From: Escherichia coli O127:H6 str. E2348/69
GTDB lineage: Bacteria > Pseudomonadota > Gammaproteobacteria > Enterobacterales > Enterobacteriaceae
Reading direction: 5' to 3' (one strand)
Length of the DNA stretch: 64,000 bases
Assembly: GCF_000026545.1 (NCBI RefSeq)
Contig: NC_011601.1
The position numbers and the translations under genes were made by a program. The notes below the pieces were generated by a model. It worked only from the letters and a program-made list of their open reading frames with translations. It was not told the DNA's origin and searched no databases. Within the stretch, counting starts at the first letter, position 1, and every line of letters starts with the position of its first letter. Below are positions 1 through 12,257 of this stretch, piece by piece.

Positions 1-307
1 ACCGAGGTTCTATTTCCGTAAATAGTGGTGAGCCCTCATCCCAGATCCCAACATCATAGTGACTGCCGACGCCAAAGAATTTCGGTAGATCAACATAACC
101 ATAAAAATCAAACCAGTCTTTTCTTCCTGCTACAGTATATTCAGGGTAGAGGTCGTTAGTCAGTCTTGGGCCAAAGCGAGAGTCTGTGCGACCAATGACA
201 TTCAAGCTTTGATGTAACCAGCTTTCATCAATTTTAATTTCCTGAGCGTTTCCAATGCAAGGTATTAATAGAATGGATAAAGCTATCCAGTGCTTTTTTA
301 TATACAT
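1..307 (-). CDS. Tsx-family nucleoside-specific outer-membrane channel, N-terminal part only (gene continues beyond window start)
   Basis: Reverse-strand translation from ATG at 305-307 gives [21 protein letters not shown] (signal peptide) followed by ...FGPRL.ND.Y.EY....[10 protein letters not shown]...FFG.......GIW..GSPLF.EIEPR, which matches the conserved N-terminal region of E. coli Tsx as I recall it. Not in the ORF track because it runs off the window edge. Confidence 0.65.
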   Translation of the reverse strand, partial: MYIKKHWIALSILLIPCIGNAQEIKIDESWLHQSLNVIGRTDSRFGPRLTNDLYPEYTVAGRKDWFDFYGYVDLPKFFGVGSHYDVGIWDEGSPLFTEIEPR

Positions 308-383
308 AAATATATCTCTTATATATTGTTGATTTAGAGAGAAATAATGTCATCCAGTGAATGAATGGTATTATAAGTTTTTG

Positions 384-2003
384 TTATTTGCTTACTTCTA
401 CCCGCATTTCATTTACCTGTGCAGGAGTAATCTTGTGGCCTTTCTTAAAATAATCGATTACGACATTGGACATGTTATTTCCGGCGCGGACCTGGACATT
501 TTTCCCTTCTTTGAATGCCAGAAAACCATCGCCCCCAAGTGCAAGGAAAGTCGTAGTCGCAACATGGTAAATATTCGTATCAACGATCTCTTCACCATTA
601 ATTTTAAAAGATACAATGCGCTGACCTACTGGTTTCTGCAGGGTATAGCGCATTTCTGCGCCTTTTGACATTTGCAGGATGCCATTGGTAAGCGATGCCC
701 CGTGCTCCAGTAGGTTACGCAGATCCTTACCGCTGAGATCCATTTCAGTAAGTTCATTCTTGAAGGGGAATGTACTGGTAATGTCACCAAAGGTAATCGT
801 GCCTGCATTTATATCAGCACGTAAACTGCCGGAGTTTATCAACGCAATTTGTGCAGTCGGTGCAGCGACAAGCATTGCATCGGTAAACAGGTTGCCAAGT
901 TGCGATGACTCACCGTAGGCACGAGTTAATGCAATCGATGATTCACCGACTGGTTGGCGTACAATATCCGCCAGTTTTTTATTCCAGCCATTGATAACTT
1001 TTTGTGTGGTTGGATCGGGTATCCATTCATCGGCATAAACCGTTTTCAGCTCAAAGCTCTTCACTTTATGAGTACGAGCTGTAGGGTTGACATCAAGGAT
1101 TAATTTACCAATATCGATACCGCCACTGTCAGTCGAAAGGATTAAGGTGTTGCCGACTTTGATTGGTTCTGGCGTTCCGACGTGGGCATGCCCGGTAATC
1201 AGAATATCCAATCCTTTCACCTTGCTTGCGGTTTGAATATCTTTATCCAGCGCACGTCTAACATCTGTATTGCCAATGCTGGACTGACGCGCCGGTACGC
1301 CTTCATGAACCAGCGCCACGGTGAGGTCAACCTTATCACGTAACTCGTCGATATAATGCTGCAAATACTTCACTTCATCACGTGCTTCAATCCCCTGATT
1401 CTTGAGGGTCGCGGAAGATTTATCAAATCGGTTATTATTGTCATTATCGAGTCCCTGGAGAGAGAGCTCCGAGACCGTGTCATTAAATGCAAATACGCCG
1501 TGTAGCCCAACAATACCAATCTTGATGCCATCTTTTTCCAGGATGGTGTAGGGCTTGTTCCAGAAGGGTTTCTCACTCTCTTTATGATAAACATTGCCTA
1601 ATAAAACAGGGAAATTCGCTTTGCTTAATTGTCGGAGGGCATTATCCCAGCCATGGTCAAACTCATGATTACCGATTGATACTGCGTCAAAAGGCATGGT
1701 ATTCATAATATCAATTATTGCTTCGCCCTTTGTCAGGCTACTGATATATGGCCCGGTGAAATAGTCTCCAGCATCAAAATAAAAGGTGGCTTTATTTTTG
1801 GCTTTCTCTTGTTTTACTAACGTGGATATATTGGCAAAGCCACCAATGTCGCGTTTTCCGTCTGCGACATACGGTACTTTATAGGAATCCACATGAGCGT
1901 GAAGATCATTGGTATAAATAATCGTGACATCCTGCGCCATGACTGAGGTCGAAAAAATAGTCAGCAATGTTGCGGCAAGTAAAGTACGCTGCGCTGTTTT
2001 CAT
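384..2003 (-). CDS. periplasmic 5'-nucleotidase / metallophosphoesterase, UshA-CpdB family (paralog 1)
   Basis: ORF 384..2009; signal peptide (MKTAQRTLLAATLLTIFSTSVMA); calcineurin-like metallophosphatase motifs NDLHAH, DAGD, GNHEFD, GHAH. Start set at second ATG (2003) for better RBS spacing. Immediately upstream of and co-oriented with the Tsx-like gene. Confidence 0.8.
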   Translation of the reverse strand: MKTAQRTLLAATLLTIFSTSVMAQDVTIIYTNDLHAHVDSYKVPYVADGKRDIGGFANISTLVKQEKAKNKATFYFDAGDYFTGPYISSLTKGEAIIDIMNTMPFDAVSIGNHEFDHGWDNALRQLSKANFPVLLGNVYHKESEKPFWNKPYTILEKDGIKIGIVGLHGVFAFNDTVSELSLQGLDNDNNNRFDKSSATLKNQGIEARDEVKYLQHYIDELRDKVDLTVALVHEGVPARQSSIGNTDVRRALDKDIQTASKVKGLDILITGHAHVGTPEPIKVGNTLILSTDSGGIDIGKLILDVNPTARTHKVKSFELKTVYADEWIPDPTTQKVINGWNKKLADIVRQPVGESSIALTRAYGESSQLGNLFTDAMLVAAPTAQIALINSGSLRADINAGTITFGDITSTFPFKNELTEMDLSGKDLRNLLEHGASLTNGILQMSKGAEMRYTLQKPVGQRIVSFKINGEEIVDTNIYHVATTTFLALGGDGFLAFKEGKNVQVRAGNNMSNVVIDYFKKGHKITPAQVNEMRVEVSK

Positions 2004-2043
2004 TCGCATTCCTTGTTAAATAAATTGACTGATAAATGAGATT

Positions 2044-3597
2044 TTATTTGGCGACGTCCATGACTCGTTTAGTTAAGTCTGGGGTGACAGGTTTATGATT
2101 TTTGAAATAATCGATGATAGATTCCGCCGAGGTTGTTCCCGGTATCGTCTTCACATTTTTTCCATTCAAAAATGCTTCAAAACCGTCACCACCACTGGCA
2201 CAAAAGGAGTGCGTGGCAATACGATATGTTTGATTATCTTCCACGGGTTTGCCGTTAATGGTGAAAGAGATTAACCGTTGGTTGAGTGGTTTTTTGCTGT
2301 CATAGACAACCGCAACGCTTTTTGAAACCTGTAACACACCGTTAGTTAGATTGGTTGCATGCGTCATCAATGATTTGAGATCGCGGCCCGTCAAATCCAT
2401 CTCGATGAGGTCATTATTAAAGGGGAATGTGCTAATAACATCTCCCAGTGTGATATCGCCTTTAGGAAAATCAGCTCGCATCCCACCGCTATTTTGAAAT
2501 CCGGCAACGGCATCAGGTGTTTTTTCCATCATTGCATCAAGAATAAGGTTGCCGGTAGAAGAGGAACTACCATACTCACGTGTTAAAACTATGGGAGAAT
2601 GGCCGACAACTTCCTGTGTTATTTTGTTAAGCTGTGCACTCCATTTATCAATAGTATTTTGAACGATGGTGTCAGGTTTAAATTGATCTGCAAAGATGGT
2701 GATTAACTCACCATTATAACTATCAATTTTCTTCGTTTTCGGATTGTAATCAAGCACAAGTTTTCCGATGTTGGTGCCGTATGCATCGGTAGATACAATT
2801 AATGTGTTATTAACTTTTATTGGTTGCGGTGTTCCGACATGTGCGTGACCGGTAATTAAGACATCAACACCATTCACTTTTTTAGCTGTCTCAATATCTG
2901 CCTGTAGTAGCCGCTCCACATCTTTACTACCAAAGCTTGATTGACGCGCCGGGACACCTTCGTGAATTAGCAAAACGGTAATGTCGACTTTACCTTTTAA
3001 TTCTGCAAGTGCTTTATTTAAAAATTTAATTTCGTCTCTGGCTTCTACGCCTTCACGTGCTTTTGCCGCGACAGTATCATAGAAAGCGAATGCGCCATGC
3101 AATCCAATCACACCAATCTTTAAACCATCTTTTTCGATAATGGTCCACGGATGATCCCAAACTGGTTTATTCGTATCGGTGTAGTAGATATTTCCCAGCA
3201 GAATGGGGAATTTTGCTTTTGATAACTGAGACACCATATTGGGCACACCGTGATCGAACTCGTGATTACCAACAGACACCGCATCAAAGGGCATAGTGTT
3301 CATGATATCAATAATAGCTTCACCTTTGGTCAGTGTGCTGATATACGGCCCGGTAAAATAGTCGCCTGCATCAAAGAAAAACACATCTTTGCTTTTTTTC
3401 TTCGCTTCATTAACGATGCCTGCAATATTAGCCATACCACCTATAAGTCTGTTCTTATCAACAGCGATGATTTTTGCCGGATTGACATGTGCGTGAATGT
3501 CATTCGTATAATAAATAGTAACGTCCTGAGCTAGAACACTGTGAGAAAATATCACGCCGAATATGACTGATAATGTTGTAAATACAGTTTTCATCAT
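2044..3597 (-). CDS. periplasmic 5'-nucleotidase / metallophosphoesterase, UshA-CpdB family (paralog 2)
   Basis: 517-aa ORF with signal peptide and the same metallophosphatase motifs (NDIHAH, DAGD, GNHEFD, GHAH); more divergent than paralogs 1 and 3. AGGAGG-like RBS just upstream. Confidence 0.8.
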   Translation of the reverse strand: MMKTVFTTLSVIFGVIFSHSVLAQDVTIYYTNDIHAHVNPAKIIAVDKNRLIGGMANIAGIVNEAKKKSKDVFFFDAGDYFTGPYISTLTKGEAIIDIMNTMPFDAVSVGNHEFDHGVPNMVSQLSKAKFPILLGNIYYTDTNKPVWDHPWTIIEKDGLKIGVIGLHGAFAFYDTVAAKAREGVEARDEIKFLNKALAELKGKVDITVLLIHEGVPARQSSFGSKDVERLLQADIETAKKVNGVDVLITGHAHVGTPQPIKVNNTLIVSTDAYGTNIGKLVLDYNPKTKKIDSYNGELITIFADQFKPDTIVQNTIDKWSAQLNKITQEVVGHSPIVLTREYGSSSSTGNLILDAMMEKTPDAVAGFQNSGGMRADFPKGDITLGDVISTFPFNNDLIEMDLTGRDLKSLMTHATNLTNGVLQVSKSVAVVYDSKKPLNQRLISFTINGKPVEDNQTYRIATHSFCASGGDGFEAFLNGKNVKTIPGTTSAESIIDYFKNHKPVTPDLTKRVMDVAK

Positions 3598-3826
3598 CCC
3601 TCCTAGATAGGGGGTGTTACATTTGTTGAATTATTTAAATAAAAGACACATCGTGTCTTATTTTATGTAAGCATAGTTCAGAAAAGTATTGTGTGATCTT
3701 AGTAACAAATAATGTTATTAATTAAACATTGACCATGATTATATTTCACGGTCATACATTTATATATTTAATTAAATGAAAGGTAGTGATCTCTCTTAAT
3801 TTATGGTCGTTTGTCGAGTGTATTGA

Positions 3827-4951
3827 CTAACAAGATGGAGTGAGCGATTCATTGTATTTTAACGCCAGTGAGGTCAGCATTTGCGTTACGCGACCTGCGG
3901 ATAATAACGCGCTTTGGGTAAAGTCGTGTTGGTCTGTCAGCCATGTGATAAAACAACGACTGGTTGCCAGAGAAACATTTGCGCCCCTTTCTAAGCAGGC
4001 TCCCGTGAGTAGGCAGACCATCTTGCAGTTATTCCCCTGCTCCCAGCGCTGCCACTGATTTTGCCACCAACCATGGTATGTCGTTCCCTTAAAATGCCAG
4101 GGCGTATCAGCGTTACTGTCACTGATTTCTTCTTCTACGAACCAAAGTTCACCTTGTTGTTGGCGGAACTGATCTGCCCAGGCTGTAATAATTGCGCCTC
4201 TTAGAAAACATTCGTGTGAAATAATATGCGTTTTGACATCTGGATAGCGGATTTTCAGTATTCTGAAATGCCCGTGTGCCTTGATAACCGGGCGTAGTAT
4301 GGCTCCCTTACCGTTGCGCTTGAGTACAGCACTGCCATACTGAATTTCATCGAACTGGCTCCGGCGCAAGAATTGCGCTTCACGCATATCTACCTTCTGC
4401 ACGATATCGCGATGGTGCATAGTTGGTTCTGTGTTGCCCTTGTAACTGTACCGCAGACTGTCTCCTGTCTGATGTTGCGTATAATTCGTGGAGAGATGAA
4501 GAATGTTGCCACGAGTGGCGTCAAGACTGACTAAAACATACAGTTTTTGTACTGCGCTGGCCCCTTGAAAGGGTATGAACAGTTGAACGGTTTCAATGGC
4601 CTGGGGATGCGTAATTTCTTTCTGATATTTTTTAGGCGTCCAGACTTTTTTGCAGTTACGGCATTGAATGCGTTGCGAACCCTGTGGATTGTGACCATAA
4701 CAAATCATGTCTGTGCCATAACATACCGGGCAGAAATGGCCTTTCTCAATTGCATAAGTAGACAAGTGAACTGACAACCAGTCACGAAATTGTTGCTCGT
4801 CAAACAACGGCGGGTAACTGCCACATGCCCGACAGTGCAGTGCCGGATAACCCAGTTTATAGTCTGGCCAACTGTAATCTTCCGATGAGGCCAATCCCAA
4901 ATTTCGGCAACCGAACGTTTTACAGGCATTAATCGTAAACAGAGTCGACAT
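3827..4951 (-). CDS. hypothetical Cys-rich protein, predicted cytoplasmic, possible zinc-ribbon protein
   Basis: 374-aa ORF with no signal peptide. N-terminal half contains several CxxC pairs (CRACGS, CPVCYG, CRNCKK); C-terminal half is Trp/Gln-rich. I cannot assign a family from sequence alone. Confidence 0.55.
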   Translation of the reverse strand: MSTLFTINACKTFGCRNLGLASSEDYSWPDYKLGYPALHCRACGSYPPLFDEQQFRDWLSVHLSTYAIEKGHFCPVCYGTDMICYGHNPQGSQRIQCRNCKKVWTPKKYQKEITHPQAIETVQLFIPFQGASAVQKLYVLVSLDATRGNILHLSTNYTQHQTGDSLRYSYKGNTEPTMHHRDIVQKVDMREAQFLRRSQFDEIQYGSAVLKRNGKGAILRPVIKAHGHFRILKIRYPDVKTHIISHECFLRGAIITAWADQFRQQQGELWFVEEEISDSNADTPWHFKGTTYHGWWQNQWQRWEQGNNCKMVCLLTGACLERGANVSLATSRCFITWLTDQHDFTQSALLSAGRVTQMLTSLALKYNESLTPSC

Positions 4952-5083
4952 ATATCACCAACGATTTCACAAGGTCGTTGATTTTGTCCGGCAACTATCC
5001 CCTGCGGATGTGATTACTCTCACATAAATAAGTCTTTCAGAACGTAATGTAGCAATCCTTTATCTCACTGAAAGGGATTGTTT

Positions 5084-6637
5084 ATGAAAATTAAAATACT
5101 TGCTGCGGGTATCGCATTAACACTGCCGTTCTGGGCTTGCGCTAAAGATGTCACTATTATTTATACCAACGACCTCCATGCGCATGTAGAACCTTATAAA
5201 GTGCCGTGGATCGCTGACGGTAAACGGGATATTGGCGGCTGGGCAAATATCACTACGCTGGTTAAGCAAGAAAAAGCAAAAAATAAAGCGACATGGTTTT
5301 TTGATGCGGGCGACTATTTTACCGGGCCATATATCAGCAGCCTGACCAAAGGTAAGGCTATTATCGATATTATGAATACTATGCCGTTTGATGCCGTCAC
5401 AATAGGCAACCATGAATTTGACCACGGCTGGGACAACACATTATTACAGTTGAGCCAGGCAAAATTCCCTATTGTGCAGGGCAATATTTTTTATCAGAAC
5501 AGCAGTAAATCATTCTGGGATAAGCCCTATACCATCATCGAAAAAGACGGCGTGAAAATTGGCGTTATAGGTTTGCACGGAGTATTTGCCTTCAATGATA
5601 CGGTATCTGCTGCCACGCGCGTGGGTATTGAAGCGCGCGATGAAATTAAATGGCTACAACGTTATATCGATGAACTCAAAGGCAAGGTTGATTTGACCGT
5701 CGCCCTGATCCACGAAGGTGTTCCAGCCCGCCAGTCCAGTATGGGAGGCACAGATGTGCGTCGCGCGTTGGATAAAGATATTCAGACGGCAAGTCAGGTG
5801 AAAGGGCTGGATATTTTGATCACCGGACATGCACATGTGGGTACGCCGGAACCGATTAAAGTCGGCAATACGCTCATCCTCTCCACTGACAGCGGCGGGA
5901 TTGATGTGGGCAAACTGGTTCTCGACTACAAAGAGAAGCCGCATAATTTTACGGTGAAAAACTTCGAGCTTAAAACCATTTACGCTGACGAGTGGAAGCC
6001 CGATCTGCAAACGAAACAGGTGATCGACGGCTGGAATAAAAAGCTTGATGAAGTGGTGCAACAAACGGTGGCGCAATCGCCGGTTGAATTAAAACGTGCC
6101 TATGGTGAATCGGCTTCCCTCGGGAACCTGGCGGCTGACGCCTTACTGGCAGCAGCGGGTAAAAATACCCAACTGGCTTTAACAAACTCTGGTGGTATCC
6201 GCAATGAGATCCCCGCAGGGGCGATCACGATGGGCGGCGTCATCAGTACCTTCCCGTTCCCCAACGAACTGGTGACGATGGAACTCACGGGTAAACAATT
6301 ACGCAGTCTGATGGAACACGGCGCAAGTTTAAGCAATGGCGTTTTACAGGTATCGAAAGGCCTGGAAATGAAGTACGACAGCAGCAAGCCGGTTGGTCAG
6401 CGGGTAATCACACTGACTCTGAATGGCAAACCCATTGAAGATGCGACGGTTTATCACATTGCTACTCAGAGTTTCCTTGCTGATGGTGGAGATGGTTTTA
6501 CCGCCTTTACCGAAGGGAAAGCGCGTAACACAACGGGCGGTTATTACGTTTATCACGCGGTGGTTGATTACTTCAAAGCGGGCAACACCATTACGGATGA
6601 ACAGCTCAACGGTATGCGCGTGAAGGATATCAAATAA
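5084..6637 (+). CDS. periplasmic 5'-nucleotidase / metallophosphoesterase, UshA-CpdB family (paralog 3)
   Basis: ORF 5078..6637 begins with TTG; the ATG at 5084 with upstream AAGGGA is the likely start ([20 protein letters not shown] signal peptide). Closest paralog of the 384..2003 gene. Confidence 0.8.
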   Translation: MKIKILAAGIALTLPFWACAKDVTIIYTNDLHAHVEPYKVPWIADGKRDIGGWANITTLVKQEKAKNKATWFFDAGDYFTGPYISSLTKGKAIIDIMNTMPFDAVTIGNHEFDHGWDNTLLQLSQAKFPIVQGNIFYQNSSKSFWDKPYTIIEKDGVKIGVIGLHGVFAFNDTVSAATRVGIEARDEIKWLQRYIDELKGKVDLTVALIHEGVPARQSSMGGTDVRRALDKDIQTASQVKGLDILITGHAHVGTPEPIKVGNTLILSTDSGGIDVGKLVLDYKEKPHNFTVKNFELKTIYADEWKPDLQTKQVIDGWNKKLDEVVQQTVAQSPVELKRAYGESASLGNLAADALLAAAGKNTQLALTNSGGIRNEIPAGAITMGGVISTFPFPNELVTMELTGKQLRSLMEHGASLSNGVLQVSKGLEMKYDSSKPVGQRVITLTLNGKPIEDATVYHIATQSFLADGGDGFTAFTEGKARNTTGGYYVYHAVVDYFKAGNTITDEQLNGMRVKDIK

Positions 6638-6914
6638 AAGTGCGCACTGAATTGACTCAACCGTTTGTTACCCGTTGATTGCGCAGATCCTGTATTCGGC
6701 CTACGCGAGGGCGCAGGCCGAATCAGATGCCTTAGCATCACCATCCGGTGGCAGGACGTTGTTTTTAGAATTAGCCCAGGTGTCGCTGTGTTGTCAGAAT
6801 ATGAGTCAAAACGTGCGAGGTGGATTGCGCTATAGAGAAATCTTTTATCGCCTCTAATTAAGATGAGTTTTTTTCATCTTCCCTGATTTTTCCTCACCAT
6901 CATTGGTTATTTTT

Positions 6915-6985
6915 CGGTTGACGCCCTTCGGCTTTTCCTTCATCTTTACATCTGGACGTCTAAACGGATAGATGTGCACAACACA
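6915..6985 (+). promoter_or_regulatory. metF promoter region with MetJ operator (met-box repeats)
   Basis: TTGACG at 6918-6923 and an AGACGTCT-like met box (GGACGTCTA at 6954-6962) followed by a related repeat, about 40-100 bp upstream of metF. Assigned by known metF regulation. Confidence 0.45.
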
Positions 6986-7015
6986 ACATATAACGATAAG
7001 CGATTGATGAGGTAA

Positions 7016-7909
<894 letters not shown>

Positions 7910-8183
7910 ATAGTGTGCCTTTTGTGAAAATCACACAGTGTTCACAAATTTTAAACAGAGCACAAAATGCTGCCTCGAAATGAGGGCGGGAAAATAAGGT
8001 TATCAGCCTTGTTTTCGCCTTCATTACTTGAAGGGTACCAGGCTAAAACCTTTTCTTATAAAGCATTCTGCCGAAATCAGACATACTCATAAAGGCTTAA
8101 TTACGATCAATTTGATCTACATCTCTTTAACCAACAATATGTAAGATCTCAACTATCGCATCCGTGGATTAATTCAATTATAA

Positions 8184-10418
<2,235 letters not shown>

Positions 10419-10428
10419 TCTGACCTTC

Positions 10429-10467
10429 TTCAGCGACTGCCTTGCATGCAGTCGCTGAAGTTTCTTT
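10429..10467 (+). terminator. rho-independent terminator after katG
   Basis: Perfect 12-bp inverted repeat TTCAGCGACTGC / GCAGTCGCTGAA with a 7-nt loop, followed by a T-rich tract, directly after the katG stop. Confidence 0.7.
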
Positions 10468-10511
10468 ACCGGCGTATAGTGTCCACAGGAAAACTACACA
10501 CTGGATCTCTC

Positions 10512-11417
10512 ATGTCTGCCGCAGGAAAGAGCAACCCACTGGCAATCAGTGGCCTGGTTGTGCTCACACTTATCTGGAGTTATAGCTGGATTTTCATGAA
10601 GCAAGTCACCAGCTACATCGGTGCCTTCGACTTCACCGCCTTACGCTGCATTTTCGGTGCTCTCGTTTTATTCATCGTCCTTTTATTACGTGGTCGCGGA
10701 ATGCGCCCGACGCCGTTTAAATACACCTTAGCCATTGCCCTGTTACAAACCTGCGGGATGGTTGGCCTGGCACAGTGGGCGCTGGTCAGCGGCGGAGCGG
10801 GGAAGGTGGCAATCCTGAGCTATACCATGCCGTTCTGGGTGGTAATTTTCGCCGCGTTGTTTCTCGGTGAACGCCTGCGACGTGGGCAATATTTCGCGAT
10901 ACTGATTGCCGCTTTCGGCTTATTTTTGGTGTTGCAGCCGTGGCAACTCGATTTCTCTTCGATGAAAAGTGCCATGCTGGCAATCCTCTCCGGTGTGAGT
11001 TGGGGGGCGAGCGCGATTGTTGCTAAACGTCTGTATGCCCGCCATCCGCGCGTGGATTTATTGTCGCTAACATCCTGGCAGATGCTGTATGCGGCGCTGG
11101 TGATGAGCGTGGTCGCTTTACTGGTGCCGCAACGTGAAATTGACTGGCAACCCACCGTGTTCTGGGCGCTGGCCTACAGTGCGATTCTGGCGACAGCGCT
11201 GGCCTGGAGCTTATGGTTGTTTGTATTGAAAAACTTGCCTGCCAGTATTGCCAGCTTAAGCACACTGGCCGTTCCCGTTTGCGGCGTACTCTTTTCCTGG
11301 TGGCTGCTCGGTGAGAATCCGGGGGCAGTTGAAGGTAGCGGTATTGTGCTGATTGTACTGGCACTGGCGCTGGTGAGCCGTAAGAAAAAAGAAGCCGTCA
11401 GTGTAAAAAGGATCTGA
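10512..11417 (+). CDS. yijE: EamA/DMT-family inner-membrane transporter
   Basis: ORF 10446..11417; start at ATG 10512 ([26 protein letters not shown]...) gives 301 aa; hydrophobic multi-pass protein in the K-12 yijE position. Confidence 0.9.
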
Positions 11418-11443
11418 ATTTTTTCTTCATGTGGGGCGATCGC

Positions 11444-12061
11444 TTATTTAGCAAAATACCGATAGTGCCCCACCATCCGCCAGCTAAACAGTACATCTTC
11501 TTCCTGCGCGCCTGCGCCAATGTTATGTATCACCAGCGGCGTACCGTCGCGGGCGAAGCCATCTGACACCACCCCAATATGTGCCAGCCCGTTATCTAAT
11601 CGCCAGGAGACAATATCGCCCGCTTGATAGTCACCGGGGGTCTTGCTGGTGGGGCGTGTTTTATCGTGGCGGGTAAACCAGGTTTCCAGATTAGGCACCC
11701 GACGGTGATCGATGTTGCTGTCCGGGCGCTTTAACTGCCATTTTTGCGGGTACTCAGCAAAATTCTTCGCCATATCTTCGTGAACCAGTTTCTGCAAATC
11801 GACCTTCTGGCTGCGCAATGCTCGGATCACCACATCAGAACAAACACCGCGTTCTTGCGGGACATCACCGCCAGGATAGGTAAGCCGCACATACGCCGGA
11901 TCGTAAAATAGCGTGCTGCCGATTTGCTGTCTGGCACCGTCCGCGATGGCAAGGTTGGTGTTGGCCTGGATTTGTACCACGGTTGGTTGAATGGCGGGAG
12001 ATTTTAAGGAGTAACTGGTAAATACCGTCAGAAGACTGAACAACGCCAGTGAAGCTTTCAT
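11444..12061 (-). CDS. yijF: DUF1287-family protein
   Basis: ORF 11444..12160; start set at ATG 12059-12061 (MKASLALFSLLTVFTSYSL... signal peptide), 205 aa; in the K-12 yijF position. Confidence 0.85.
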   Translation of the reverse strand: MKASLALFSLLTVFTSYSLKSPAIQPTVVQIQANTNLAIADGARQQIGSTLFYDPAYVRLTYPGGDVPQERGVCSDVVIRALRSQKVDLQKLVHEDMAKNFAEYPQKWQLKRPDSNIDHRRVPNLETWFTRHDKTRPTSKTPGDYQAGDIVSWRLDNGLAHIGVVSDGFARDGTPLVIHNIGAGAQEEDVLFSWRMVGHYRYFAK

Positions 12062-12257
12062 CTGTTTCGTCCGTGAAAAAATATTCACAGATTCGACCTT
12101 CAGGGCTAACGATTGTTCTGTGGAGAAAATGTCCAGAAGCGGATAAAAAAAACCGAACAAGGTGGAAGTTTCAGATTACTGGCACAGCGTGCCGGATACG
12201 GCGTGATGAACTGCACCCCAAATGTTGGACATAATCTGACATCTGAAGGTGCAGTTT

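Noticed and set aside
357-668. 103-aa plus-strand ORF overlapping the 3' end of nucleotidase paralog 1
   Set aside because: Lies entirely antisense to a well-supported long ORF, has no RBS and a low-complexity hydrophobic translation; most likely a chance ORF.
3827-4951. Cys-rich gene as an intact insertion sequence (IS1595-like zinc-ribbon transposase)
   Set aside because: I could not find terminal inverted repeats or a target-site duplication in the flanking 3598-3826 and 4952-5083 regions, and the N-terminal Cys spacing does not convincingly match the IS1595 zinc-ribbon pattern; kept as a hypothetical protein.
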